A stretch of 64,000 nt of DNA from an uncultured Candidatus Saccharibacteria bacterium. GTDB lineage: Bacteria > Patescibacteriota > Minisyncoccia > UBA6257 > Colwellbacteraceae. This document shows, piece after piece, positions 47,641 through 57,759 of this stretch. How positions within the stretch are numbered: the first letter of the stretch is position 1; each line of letters begins with the position of its first letter. The position numbers and the translations under genes are program-made. The stretch spans positions 103,726 to 167,725 of the forward strand of contig CAZXPC010000001.1 of assembly GCA_964643135.1 (NCBI GenBank). The letters run 5' to 3'. The notes under the pieces were generated by a model. That model did no database searches. It was given only the letters and a program-made list of their open reading frames with translations, and had not been told where the DNA came from.

Positions 47641-48009
47641 TTAATATTTGATCCTGTCCGCTTTTTCAGCGGAACAGATAGCTAATATCTTAACTTTGGA
47701 TCTGGTTTTGTTTTCGATAAAGTATTTCTTTTTGCCATTTGGCTTGAACCCAATAAAATCGCCTTGTTTAAGTTGTTTCGATTTGTCCCCGATGTGAATA
47801 ATTGGTTTGCCAGACAAGACTAAAAACATTTCCTCAATCTTTGAATGATAATGTGGTGAGGCATTCCGTCTACCCGGTGGAATTATCTCTTGATGTACAA
47901 ATAACTTTTTAAAGCCTAGAAGGGCGGTTAAGATTCCTGACTTCGAAAATTGCTCTTTCTTATTAGAAAGCTCAATATGTTTTAGATTATATAGACTTAA
48001 GATTCTCAT
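47641..48009 (-). CDS. Cupin domain protein
   Basis: HYHSKIEEMFLVLSG, GDFIGF. Confidence 0.85.
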   Translation of the reverse strand: MRILSLYNLKHIELSNKKEQFSKSGILTALLGFKKLFVHQEIIPPGRRNASPHYHSKIEEMFLVLSGKPIIHIGDKSKQLKQGDFIGFKPNGKKKYFIENKTRSKVKILAICSAEKADRIKY

Positions 48010-48368
48010 TACTCCATAGTCTTCCTAATCCTCTTGGGGATCATCACTACCCCTGGATTTAGATCTATACGAGACTTAGATCCTCGCTCACCGCGATCTT
48101 CAAGACATTCGTTCCAAAATTCTTGATGCTTGATATCAACTTCGTGCTTGGAATCTTTGCTATTAGTTCCGCCTTCCCCGCGAATATCAAACCAATATAA
48201 ATATTCGTCTTCGCCGTCAAACTCGCGGAAGATACATTCTACATACATTTTCTCTTCGTCGAGGATCGGGATCTGCTTTTCCATTGTATCGTTAATAAAC
48301 TTAAGCCATTCAGTGACTCGATCAGACTTCCCCTTCTTAACTTTTACGCGTGTAAGTTCGATTTTCAT
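48009..48368 (-). CDS. Small alpha/beta protein (DUF6176-like)
   Basis: EKMYVECIFRE, YLYW, DIKHQEFW resemble this family (from memory). Confidence 0.55.
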   Translation of the reverse strand: MKIELTRVKVKKGKSDRVTEWLKFINDTMEKQIPILDEEKMYVECIFREFDGEDEYLYWFDIRGEGGTNSKDSKHEVDIKHQEFWNECLEDRGERGSKSRIDLNPGVVMIPKRIRKTME

Positions 48369-48369
48369 A

Positions 48370-49287
48370 TTAATTTAATTTTAATAACTCTCTTATGATC
48401 TCTTTTCTAAGCCAGTGATGATCTGTTGTGCCGACATTATCTACGAATTTAGCTTTGATAGATCTGGTCAGAACCTCTTTAACTCTATCATTTTCTGCAT
48501 AGATATAATTTATGTTTTCTTTGCGGCTGGATAGATTCATAAACCAATACGGAGTATCAAAACCGTTAAAAGAAGCCTTGATCTCTGCTAAAGATTTATT
48601 CAGAAATTCCGGAATGTCCCACAATTCTAATTGACCTATGACCACTGGCTTATCAAACCCTGGCAAATTTTGAACTTTGATATCATTTCGGATTGCTTCT
48701 TCTATGTTTTGGCTAATTTCTTTTTCTCGGTCGCTGTAGTAGATTTCAGCCCAGTTTTTGGGAACGCTGATGTGTTTTGATAACTCTTTGAAAGCATTCT
48801 CATCTCTTTCGTTAGCGAGCTTGGCATTAAAATTCAATGTATTCTGGATGATTGCCGTATAGAGCAGATTAGCGCTCACTTTTGAAATTTTATTAGCAAA
48901 GCCTCTTTTTCTAAATTCTTCCCAAATCTGGGTAGCACAGGCTCCAACTGGCTCAATTTTTGATCGGTCCCCTATTTTATTCCTCCAATATTCTTCAAAA
49001 CCGAAATGATGATCATAAACTTCAATTATCTTTTCTTGGGTAGCTGCTTTTGCAATATGATCTGGATCAGAAATATCGACGATTACAAATTGATTATCTT
49101 TGCTATCTATCTTCTTTGTAAAATCTAGCCCCCAACCCTTTATAACTTCGGTAATGGTATTATTGAGCACTCCTGGTATATAAGCGTTAGCACTACGACC
49201 TTCTAAGCTCAGAAGTTCGGCATAGGCAATAGCGCAGGCTAAGGCATCGATATCCACATATTTTTCACCGGATGTAACTAGAATCAT
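48370..49287 (-). CDS. DHH-family Mn-dependent pyrophosphatase/exopolyphosphatase-like protein
   Basis: DIDALACAIAY, YDHH, VGACATQI, terminal LRKEI. Confidence 0.8.
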   Translation of the reverse strand: MILVTSGEKYVDIDALACAIAYAELLSLEGRSANAYIPGVLNNTITEVIKGWGLDFTKKIDSKDNQFVIVDISDPDHIAKAATQEKIIEVYDHHFGFEEYWRNKIGDRSKIEPVGACATQIWEEFRKRGFANKISKVSANLLYTAIIQNTLNFNAKLANERDENAFKELSKHISVPKNWAEIYYSDREKEISQNIEEAIRNDIKVQNLPGFDKPVVIGQLELWDIPEFLNKSLAEIKASFNGFDTPYWFMNLSSRKENINYIYAENDRVKEVLTRSIKAKFVDNVGTTDHHWLRKEIIRELLKLN

Positions 49288-49306
49288 ATTAGTTAATTTT
49301 TCTATC

Positions 49307-50557
49307 TCAATTGCCGATCTTTCTAAAAGCGTTTTTGATGGCTCCGCCGAATAGTTCCCGTAAATAATCACCTGCCTTCTTCCATAACTGTTTCAGACTC
49401 AGGGTTCTTTTGGGGTTATAAAGATCTGCCCACGGGTTTGCTTTGCCGACCACAAGATCGTTAATCAAAAGGCCGGAGATTATCGCGTAGGTCATGCCGT
49501 TTCCGGAAAAGGCTGTCGCGAGATATAAATTCGGTTTTACTTCGCCGATGAAAGGCAGGCCATCGACAGATTCTATAATTGGACCCGACCATTGCCTGGC
49601 TATCTTATAATCGTTTAGGTTAAAAGTTGAGCGGAAGCTCTCTTTAAGCGCCGAGAAATTCTTTGCGGGGTTAATCTTGATATCTCTTCGGTGGTCTTCT
49701 CCGCCGAATAGCACCCTATCAGTCTCTCTATCCGCAATCTGATCGACTCGGAAATAATGGTACGGGCTCTGCAAATCGATATAGCTTCCCTCTTTTAGTA
49801 ATCCTTGCGGAATTTCCGCCTCCAACACGTAGCTCTTATACAGCGCTTTTTTCATAAAGACTGTCCGAGGATTGGTAAACGGCTGATGAGTCGTGATAAT
49901 AACTTTCCCGGCGGTTATCTTGCCGCCCTTAAACGCAACATCGTACAGGCCATTTTCCTCTTTAATTTCTAAGGCTTCGGTTTTTTCAAAAATCATTCCG
50001 CCGGATTTTGTAAAACGCTTGGCCAATTCAGTTATGAATTTAAGCGGGTGAAACTTGGCTTGATTATCGATCTTTAGATAGCCAGAAGTTTTGATGCCTA
50101 GATCAGGATTTTTCGAAAATTCGGCCGCGCCTTGCAATTGATCAATAGCTTCTTTCTCTTTTTCCAGAAATCTCATGTCGCGTTCCGAGTTCGCATATAA
50201 GTAAAGCGGGCACCTCATAAAGTCGCAGGCGATCTTCTCAGCGGCTTGAATACTTTGAATCTGGTCTATCGCCGCTCCGCCCGATTCCCAAATCTGCCGG
50301 GTTTTCTCGAGTCCGCAAACCTTTATTAGTACGGCCGCGGCGGTGTCGATATATTGAGTTATGATGGCAGTCGTGTGATATGTCGCGCCGCTGCCGATTT
50401 TTTGAGCCTCAACAACTGCGACCCGTTTCCCGGATTTGTTTAAAAGATAAGCTGACCATATTCCGGCCAATCCCCCGCCGATAACAAGGACGTCAACTTT
50501 CAGGTCGGAAACGAGTTCCGGGTAATCAGACTGGTTAATACTCCATGTTGTCTCCAT
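49307..50557 (-). CDS. FAD-dependent oxidoreductase (DAO/YhfW-like, no Rieske domain)
   Basis: IGGGLAG, FHPLKF, DGLPFIG, FSGNGMT; ATG 7 nt after TGCTATAAT. Confidence 0.88.
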   Translation of the reverse strand: METTWSINQSDYPELVSDLKVDVLVIGGGLAGIWSAYLLNKSGKRVAVVEAQKIGSGATYHTTAIITQYIDTAAAVLIKVCGLEKTRQIWESGGAAIDQIQSIQAAEKIACDFMRCPLYLYANSERDMRFLEKEKEAIDQLQGAAEFSKNPDLGIKTSGYLKIDNQAKFHPLKFITELAKRFTKSGGMIFEKTEALEIKEENGLYDVAFKGGKITAGKVIITTHQPFTNPRTVFMKKALYKSYVLEAEIPQGLLKEGSYIDLQSPYHYFRVDQIADRETDRVLFGGEDHRRDIKINPAKNFSALKESFRSTFNLNDYKIARQWSGPIIESVDGLPFIGEVKPNLYLATAFSGNGMTYAIISGLLINDLVVGKANPWADLYNPKRTLSLKQLWKKAGDYLRELFGGAIKNAFRKIGN

Positions 50558-50573
50558 GGTTAATATTATAGCA

Positions 50574-52067
50574 TCAGCCGCCCCTCTGTTCCGGCTGGCC
50601 TCCGCGTATTTTGTGGTATTGGTCTTTATATTTTTCGATGGTCGCTTCAACTTCGTTGTGGGGAATCTCGACTCTCAGAAGGTCGATGGAATTTATGGTG
50701 TCGTAGATGTCTAACTTGTGTTCGAGCTTGAAAATCGCGTCACGCCAAAGAATTGCCTTTTCGTACTCGCCTTTGCCGGCCGCTTCTTTCTGAAGCCGAG
50801 TCATCATATCTATAAAAGCATGATAAACGCCTTCCTCAGCCCCGCCGCGGCTGACCGTCCGGTCCTTGAAAGGAATCCTCAGAATGGATCGCTGCTCTTT
50901 CATCATCTCGCGGATCTTGCCGGTCCTTTGCCAATTGAAAGCGGTCGAGATTATTTTTTCATAATAAGAACTCGCTTTCTTAAGTTTTTCTTCCGAAACT
51001 CCGGGAATCATGCGTATGGTTTGCAAAAGCTTGAACGCTCCCGCTTCGATCATCTCGACGCTCCACCAGGGCTTGGCGGAAGCCCACCAAAAGTGATCAG
51101 AAGCCAGGCCGAGGTCCATTTCATGGCGAACTAATTTATAAGTCGGTCCGCTTTTATCCATGGCGTAAACTTCGTTTAAAACCAGAGTCAGCAGCTCCCA
51201 TTGCCATTTATGGATGGCGTTTTCCGGGTCAGACCAGGAGAGAAACTGAATATTTTGATCGATATCTTCCTTGCTCGAGGCCCAAGTCGAACGAACCGGC
51301 GAGACCTCTTCGACCTCTTTGAAATATTTAGGCAGATCGGAAACTTGCGCCATATTAAAGTCATCGGAGCGCAAAATATCCAAAAGCATCTTTTCCAAAC
51401 CGGGGCGGTGGTGGCCGAAAGTTTCGCCGTCCATGGCCGTAAAAACATAACGGCTGCTTTTTAGGTCGTCCTTCATGGCTTCAAAAAGGGTTTCTTTTGA
51501 TCGGACAACCGCACTCATAATAAGGTTGCTAAGCCGTCGCTCGCGGAAGAAAACCAAGAGCTTGGAATTCTTAATGCGATAAAGTTTTGAATAGTCGACT
51601 GAGCCGGGCGCGCCGCCTTTGGCGATCTCGTCCAAGATTACCCACTCGAATCCGAGAGACTCGAGAGCGGGAGCCAGGTTTTCGCTGTAAGCCATCTCGG
51701 GCGGAAAAAACCCCTTAGGCTTGTAGGCCTTGCCCAGAAAGAATTTGTTGGTCTCGTCGTTGATTTTGATCTGGCGGATAATTTCGTCAGCGCTTAGAAA
51801 AGGCAAAAAAGCATGATATTTAGCCGAACTGGTAAATTCCGCACGACCGCTCGCGCCGAGCTCGCGAAGAGAATCAAGAATGTCCTTATAGCCATACTTG
51901 TCGAAAAGTTCGAGCAGGGCGCCGCTGAAATTGAGGGTCAGGCGCAGCTTGGGATTATTTTTAAAGCCTTCGAGAAGCGGCCGATAGCTTTGGTTCGCGA
52001 TCGCCTCCAAGATATCGGGCTGCTGTGCCGCGGGCTGATAGATGTGGAGAAAATTAGCCCAATACAT
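50574..52067 (-). CDS. GH57 glycoside hydrolase
   Basis: HIYQP, FPPEMAY, AMDGETFGHH, ASDHFWW. Confidence 0.88.
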   Translation of the reverse strand: MYWANFLHIYQPAAQQPDILEAIANQSYRPLLEGFKNNPKLRLTLNFSGALLELFDKYGYKDILDSLRELGASGRAEFTSSAKYHAFLPFLSADEIIRQIKINDETNKFFLGKAYKPKGFFPPEMAYSENLAPALESLGFEWVILDEIAKGGAPGSVDYSKLYRIKNSKLLVFFRERRLSNLIMSAVVRSKETLFEAMKDDLKSSRYVFTAMDGETFGHHRPGLEKMLLDILRSDDFNMAQVSDLPKYFKEVEEVSPVRSTWASSKEDIDQNIQFLSWSDPENAIHKWQWELLTLVLNEVYAMDKSGPTYKLVRHEMDLGLASDHFWWASAKPWWSVEMIEAGAFKLLQTIRMIPGVSEEKLKKASSYYEKIISTAFNWQRTGKIREMMKEQRSILRIPFKDRTVSRGGAEEGVYHAFIDMMTRLQKEAAGKGEYEKAILWRDAIFKLEHKLDIYDTINSIDLLRVEIPHNEVEATIEKYKDQYHKIRGGQPEQRGG

Positions 52068-52072
52068 AGAAT

Positions 52073-53587
52073 TTAAGAAAGGCTTTTAGGGATACTGTGC
52101 GCTCCGATGGCTTTCTCGATAAGTTTTTCGTATTTATGAGCCGAGGCGTCCCATGAAAAATCAACCGCCATGGCCCTTCTCTGCAGAGCCCTCCAGGGTA
52201 TCTTATATTTATAGGCTTCTACGGCTCGGATCATAGTGCCAAAAAGTGCATATTGGTCGAATTTCTCGAAAACAAAACCGGTGCCGGCGTTATGCTCCGG
52301 ATCGTAGTCAATGACGCTTTCGGCCAGCCCGCCGGTCGCGCGGACGATCGGAATGGCGCCATAACGCATGGCCTCCATCTGGACTAGGCCGCACGGCTCG
52401 AATTTGGAAGGAATCAGCACAGCGTCGCAGCCGGCCAGAATAAGATGTGAGAATGCCTCCTCATAGTTAAAATGGGCCACCACATTTTTCGGATATTTTT
52501 GCTGCAAACTTTTAAAGAAATCCATATATTTCGAATCGCCGGCGCCGAGAACAATAAGCTGGGCATTAAAATTCCTGAAAAACGCGTCGGCCGAATCCAT
52601 CATCAGGTCAAAGCCTTTCTGGTCGGTTAAGCGCGAAACTATTCCGAATAGGAAAGTTTTCTCATCTTTGGGCAGATTTACTTTGTCTTGAATAAAAAGC
52701 TTGTTTTGAATGCGTAGATCGAGCGAGTTTGCTCCGAATTTAACTTCAAGAAAAGGATCGGTCTCGGAATTCCGGGTGGTATAATCTATGCCGTTCAAGA
52801 TTCCGAAGAGCCGGCTCCGGCGTTCGCGGAGTAAGTCGTCTAAGAGCTCGCCGTACTCGGGCGTGGTGATTTCTTTAGCGTAATTTTCGGAAACCGTATT
52901 GATGGCGTCGGCATACATTATGCCCCGGCGCATGAAATTGGTCTTGAGAAGTTTCGGGTCGCTCACATCCGGCACCGCGCCCTGGCCTGAATCGTAGTCC
53001 ATCTCTGAAACAAATCTGTGGTTGAACATGCCTTGGAAATAGAGATTATGGATGGAAAAAACAATCGGAATCCGGCTAAGAACCGGATCGTCTTTATAGT
53101 TGGTGTGTATATAGTTCGGAATAAGCCCGGTCTGCCAATCGGAAGCGACGATGACGTCCGGCGTCCAGTCGGAATATTTTCTCAAAAATTCCAGAACCCC
53201 CCGCGACAAGAGCGCCCACCTAACGGGATCATCCGTGTAGCCGTAAATATTGCTTCTTTTTTCGTAATATTCTTGATTCTCGAGAAAATACGTCGTGACC
53301 GGCGAATCATCGGTCCTAAGGCTGCGGAACATTTTAACATTACAGACCAGCGCCTCCTTAGCGCCGCTCGGCACCTCTAAGCCTCCCAGAACCGTTTCCA
53401 TCGGAAATTTTTGGGCATCAATGCCGATATATTTCGGGATCATCACCCGCGCATCATGTCCAAGCCGGGCAAGCGCGCGCGGCAAAGAGTACATGACTTC
53501 GCCTAATCCGCCCGCCTTCGCGAACGGCGCGGCTTCGGAGGCGACAAAAAGTATCTTAAGCGGCTTCTTTTTGGCGAAAAACTTCAT
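52073..53587 (-). CDS. glgA: Glycogen synthase
   Basis: KAGGLG, SIHNLYFQG, RLTDQKG, PSKFEPCGL. Confidence 0.95.
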   Translation of the reverse strand: MKFFAKKKPLKILFVASEAAPFAKAGGLGEVMYSLPRALARLGHDARVMIPKYIGIDAQKFPMETVLGGLEVPSGAKEALVCNVKMFRSLRTDDSPVTTYFLENQEYYEKRSNIYGYTDDPVRWALLSRGVLEFLRKYSDWTPDVIVASDWQTGLIPNYIHTNYKDDPVLSRIPIVFSIHNLYFQGMFNHRFVSEMDYDSGQGAVPDVSDPKLLKTNFMRRGIMYADAINTVSENYAKEITTPEYGELLDDLLRERRSRLFGILNGIDYTTRNSETDPFLEVKFGANSLDLRIQNKLFIQDKVNLPKDEKTFLFGIVSRLTDQKGFDLMMDSADAFFRNFNAQLIVLGAGDSKYMDFFKSLQQKYPKNVVAHFNYEEAFSHLILAGCDAVLIPSKFEPCGLVQMEAMRYGAIPIVRATGGLAESVIDYDPEHNAGTGFVFEKFDQYALFGTMIRAVEAYKYKIPWRALQRRAMAVDFSWDASAHKYEKLIEKAIGAHSIPKSLS

Positions 53588-53602
53588 TTGGCTTTTTGTT
53601 TT

Positions 53603-53959
53603 CTAGCCTAGAGCCTTTTTGACTTCGCTCAAGACTTGGCTGGGATCAAACGGTTTATTAACAAAGCCTAAGGCGCCATATTGATTAGCCTCTGCAATCA
53701 TGCTCTCCTGGCCAATCGCGCTGATTACAAGAACCTTGGCGGTTGTGCCGATCTTTTTCAGAACTTCGAAGCCATCCATCTCGGGCATAATCAAATCTAG
53801 CAGAACCAAGTCCGGCTTTTCGGCTTCGTATTGGGCGACCGCCTCTTTGCCGTTCGTGGCCTCGATAATATTGGTATAGCCGGCGGTAGCCAAAATATCT
53901 TTCAGGATCTTTCTCATAAACATCGAGTCGTCTGAGATCAAAATTTTTGGATTAGTCAT
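53603..53959 (-). CDS. cheY: Single-domain response regulator CheY
   Basis: DDSMFMR, LLDLIMP, KPF; in che cluster. Confidence 0.85.
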   Translation of the reverse strand: MTNPKILISDDSMFMRKILKDILATAGYTNIIEATNGKEAVAQYEAEKPDLVLLDLIMPEMDGFEVLKKIGTTAKVLVISAIGQESMIAEANQYGALGFVNKPFDPSQVLSEVKKALG

Positions 53960-53987
53960 AATATTGGTTAATTTATTTTTAATAACT

Positions 53988-54575
53988 TTATTTTAATAGG
54001 TTGGCCAGTTCTTCATTGAAGATCAAATAAACATTAACTCCCAGTTTGTGGTCGCCTAGAACCAGCGCCGTATCGAAAAAGACAACGACATCGCCGGCAC
54101 CGGCGCCTTTCTGCAAAATCGGGTTGATCATATCCCTCATGCGCGCTGAGGTGGCCATATTGGGAACGCTCGAAACCAAGATCATCTGCAAATTTTTGGC
54201 CAGGACGGTCATATAAACATTAGCTAAGATGTTCAATGTTTCTTTAATAGCCGACCGATCCATATCTTTTAATATTCCGGTAGTGCCGAGCGGCTGCTGA
54301 TTCAAAATATCGACCAAAGCCAGCGCATTTTCACGCGACATAATGAGCATGCCGACACCGTCGGCTGTGCCGGAAATAATTTGAGTGTAAACTACGACGG
54401 CCTCCTGTTCGAGCGGCTCTAGAATCTCAAAAATCTTGTTTAGAGGTATCAAATCCGAAGACGCCTCTTTCAGGCTGACCGGCTGACCCGCCAACTTAGT
54501 AAAGGCTTTCGCCACATTCTCCGATGCTTCGTGGGAAATCTTATCCAACGTCTCCCTTTTAATATCGATGGCCAT
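53988..54575 (-). CDS. cheC: CheC-family phosphatase
   Basis: SAIKETLNIL ExxN site, AFTKLAG. Confidence 0.8.
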   Translation of the reverse strand: MAIDIKRETLDKISHEASENVAKAFTKLAGQPVSLKEASSDLIPLNKIFEILEPLEQEAVVVYTQIISGTADGVGMLIMSRENALALVDILNQQPLGTTGILKDMDRSAIKETLNILANVYMTVLAKNLQMILVSSVPNMATSARMRDMINPILQKGAGAGDVVVFFDTALVLGDHKLGVNVYLIFNEELANLLK

Positions 54576-54604
54576 AGCTATTATTATAGTATACTTTTCG
54601 AAAA

Positions 54605-55147
54605 TTATTGAGTCTCCCTGATTACTTGGCCGGCCTTCATCAATTCTTTCTCCTGAAGCAGCTTCGGCAGATCAAGAATTATCAGTAGTCTTTCCGCGCC
54701 GGGCTTTCCCAAAACCGCCTCGCCTTTCAGATAGTCGGCGTGAATCTTTGACGCGATCACCCCCGGCGTCGGCCTCACAGTCGAAATCGGCAGCATAATT
54801 ACCTCCTTCACCCGGTCGACCATAACCCCAAAAGTGTTGCCATTCGATTCGGTAATCACGATATGTTCGGGTTTAACAGAATGAGCGGGCAAATGGAATC
54901 TTTTTTCAAGATCGATCACGACCACGATCTTCCCCCGCAGATTCAAAATTCCGGCGATAAATTCCGGCGCGTTGGGGATCGGCGTAATGTCAGGCAATTT
55001 GATGATCTCCTGAAGCTCGTTGATATCAACCGCATATTCTTCGTGGTCGATTTCGAGAACCAGATACTGTTTCAGAACCTCGGGCGGAGCCTGGTCTATT
55101 TTAGTTTTGATCCGACGGACCGCTTCTTGGATATCTTTTTCCTCCAT
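54605..55147 (-). CDS. cheW: CheW
   Basis: ITPIPNAPEFIAGILNLRGKIVVVIDL. Confidence 0.95.
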   Translation of the reverse strand: MEEKDIQEAVRRIKTKIDQAPPEVLKQYLVLEIDHEEYAVDINELQEIIKLPDITPIPNAPEFIAGILNLRGKIVVVIDLEKRFHLPAHSVKPEHIVITESNGNTFGVMVDRVKEVIMLPISTVRPTPGVIASKIHADYLKGEAVLGKPGAERLLIILDLPKLLQEKELMKAGQVIRETQ

Positions 55148-55150
55148 GCC

Positions 55151-56647
55151 CTAGGTTTTATTTTCGCCTTTATTTTCTTTGTCTTCAGGCTTCTTCAGAT
55201 TCAGCGTCGATTTAGCAGCCGCTGTTTTTTGCGAGAGAGGCTTAACCAGCCTAGGCCGTTCAAAGCGAAATGTCTCCGCGCTGGAAACGCCGGCAATGCT
55301 TTGCAAAGCAGTATATAGCGTCTGGAGCTGCTGGCTCGTTGCGGCGATTTGCTGGGCGTTGCTCGAGAGCTGCTGGACCGAAGCGGATAATTGATCGGCT
55401 CCGGCGGCGTTTTGGGTGGCGACTGAGGCGATTGAATCAATGAGCCGGCTAACGTTTTGAATACTGCCGGATTGCTGGTTAATGCCGGCCGAAATTTCTT
55501 CGATCTTGGTTGAAACCTGTTCGGTTGATCTAACCGTCCTGATAATTTTCCCGTTAACGTCTTTAACCAGCGTTTTAATTTCTTCAGCTGATTTGGCTGA
55601 ATTCTCGGCCAGTTTCCTAACCTCTTCGGCAACGACCGCGAAACCGCGGCCGGCCTCGCCGGCGCGAGCCGCCTCAATCGCCGCATTTAGCGCCAATAAA
55701 TTAGTTTGCTCGGCGATATTGGTTATAGTTTGAACAATGAGACCGATTTTTTCAGAGCTCCCGCCGGTATCCTGGGCCGCGTCAGATGCCTGGCTTGCTG
55801 CGATTGCCACCTGGCGGGCAGAGCTGGTCATCTGCTGGATCGCTGTTGAAACTTCGGCAATAAGCTTAGCCATGTTCTCAGCGCTTTGCGATTGATCGGT
55901 CGCGCCGGAGGCCACCTTTTGAGCAATCACGACGTTTTGCTGTGAAGCGGCAGAAATTTGTTCAGCCGAAGATGAAAATTGGTTGAGAGACCCGCCAATT
56001 AACCGCGTCGAAGCCCGCAAGCCCGGAATCGTGGTCATATATGTTGATCCAAAAACTGCGAGAAGAATCAGAGCTAGTAAGATAGCCGCTATAGTCAGGC
56101 CGTTAAAAATACTTGACTGCAGCGCTCCTGCCGCGCTGATGTTTTGGTCGATCGCCTTTTGCTCGGCATCTACAATAGCCCTTAGGTGGGTTCTAATCTG
56201 GGCATCGATTTGAATAAGATCTGCGAGATCCTTCGACCCGACAACCTGGGCGCCGGCTTGAATAGAACCGACTACCTTATCTCCCAAAGCTAGCTCTTGA
56301 GGCATCAGGCCTTCGAAAGCATCCAAATCAATCAGCACTTGATTGATCCTAGTATATTGCCGAAGATTGGCCCGGCTCTTATCAACCAGTTTTATATTTT
56401 CGGCCAGATCGTTTAGGTAATTCTGGCTGCGCGTAAAAATGTAGTTATTGCGGTCGTTCATGACTCTAAGCTCTCCAACATCTAAGAGCGAGGCCGCTTC
56501 GGCAGCCTGCGTAACTCGGATCTCATCGGCGGTTTTCTGAGATACCCCGAGACTGTAGAATAAATAGTATCCCATCGCCCCCAAAATCAGGAAAATAGAA
56601 ACCGAACCTAAGATTATTTTATTACCCAAAGATAATTTTCTGGCCAT
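55151..56647 (-). CDS. Methyl-accepting chemoreceptor
   Basis: Two TMs flanking an extracellular helical bundle; IAEQTNLLALNAAIEAARAGEAGRGFAVVAEEVRKLAE. Confidence 0.95.
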   Translation of the reverse strand: MARKLSLGNKIILGSVSIFLILGAMGYYLFYSLGVSQKTADEIRVTQAAEAASLLDVGELRVMNDRNNYIFTRSQNYLNDLAENIKLVDKSRANLRQYTRINQVLIDLDAFEGLMPQELALGDKVVGSIQAGAQVVGSKDLADLIQIDAQIRTHLRAIVDAEQKAIDQNISAAGALQSSIFNGLTIAAILLALILLAVFGSTYMTTIPGLRASTRLIGGSLNQFSSSAEQISAASQQNVVIAQKVASGATDQSQSAENMAKLIAEVSTAIQQMTSSARQVAIAASQASDAAQDTGGSSEKIGLIVQTITNIAEQTNLLALNAAIEAARAGEAGRGFAVVAEEVRKLAENSAKSAEEIKTLVKDVNGKIIRTVRSTEQVSTKIEEISAGINQQSGSIQNVSRLIDSIASVATQNAAGADQLSASVQQLSSNAQQIAATSQQLQTLYTALQSIAGVSSAETFRFERPRLVKPLSQKTAAAKSTLNLKKPEDKENKGENKT

Positions 56648-56676
56648 ATTGAATAAAGTATAACATAATTATTCAT

Positions 56677-57759
56677 ATGGCTATGATAAAGAAGATTAGG
56701 GTGCTCGTTGCCGATGACTCATTTTTTATGCGCAAAGTTTTGCGCGAACTTTTGGGATATGAATTCGATATTGAAGTTGTAGGCGAAGCCAAGGACGGCG
56801 CCGAGGCGGTTAAGGAAGCGATCCGGCTAAAACCGAACGTGATTACCATGGATTATAATATGCCGATCGCCGACGGCGCGGTGGCAACCGAAGAAATCAT
56901 GCGGGCCGTTGATCCCCCGCCCGCGGTAATCATGCTTTCGGCTTATGCCCAGAAAGACGCCGAAGCAACCTTAAAGGTTCTCCGAGCCGGCGCGGTTGAT
57001 TTTATCCTCAAGCCTTCCGGCGAAGTTTCGGTCGACCTTGAAAAAATAAAAGACGAGCTGATCGCTAAAATTCGCGCCGCGGCCGAAGCCACGGTGAAAA
57101 AATACCCCGAACTCCAGAGCAGACTCCAAGTTAAAAAAGAGATCCCCGCGGAGATAGCTACTAAAATAGTTGTCATCGGAGCCTCAACCGGCGGCCCGCC
57201 CCTGTTGGAAAATTTAATTGCGGAACTGCCGACCGACCTCAAAGCGGCGGTGGTGGTGGTCCAGCATATGCCCGCGGGCTTTACGCGTATTTTCGCCGAC
57301 CGGCTAAATCGCAACTCGAAAATCCTGGTTAAAGAAGCCGAGGAGGGAGACTTGCTTAGGAATGGCATGGTTTTTGTCGCGCCGGGAGACCTGAACATGA
57401 CTCTTAGCAAGGCCTATGAAGATCCGAATAAAAAGATAGTCCATCTTTCGACCGAACCGGCTGATGTTACTTTGCGGCCCTCGATCGACATCTTTATGAT
57501 GTCGGCCGCGCACCAATATCCGCGCAATATGGTGAGCGTGCTTTTGACCGGCATGGGCGACGACGGAGTCGAAGGTTTGCGCGGAACTAAAACGATTCAC
57601 GGTTCAACCATTGCCCAGGACCCGTCAACCGCCGCAATTCCCTCTATGCCCCGGGCGGCCATTAAAGAAAAATTGGCTGACGAAATTTTAAAACCCGACC
57701 AGATAGTCAATCGACTAGTTCAGCTTGTCAACGCACAATCCAATGCCAATGGACATTAA
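56677..57759 (+). CDS. cheB: CheB methylesterase/deamidase
   Basis: Receiver domain plus GASTGGP, QHMP, TGMGDDG. Confidence 0.95.
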   Translation: MAMIKKIRVLVADDSFFMRKVLRELLGYEFDIEVVGEAKDGAEAVKEAIRLKPNVITMDYNMPIADGAVATEEIMRAVDPPPAVIMLSAYAQKDAEATLKVLRAGAVDFILKPSGEVSVDLEKIKDELIAKIRAAAEATVKKYPELQSRLQVKKEIPAEIATKIVVIGASTGGPPLLENLIAELPTDLKAAVVVVQHMPAGFTRIFADRLNRNSKILVKEAEEGDLLRNGMVFVAPGDLNMTLSKAYEDPNKKIVHLSTEPADVTLRPSIDIFMMSAAHQYPRNMVSVLLTGMGDDGVEGLRGTKTIHGSTIAQDPSTAAIPSMPRAAIKEKLADEILKPDQIVNRLVQLVNAQSNANGH

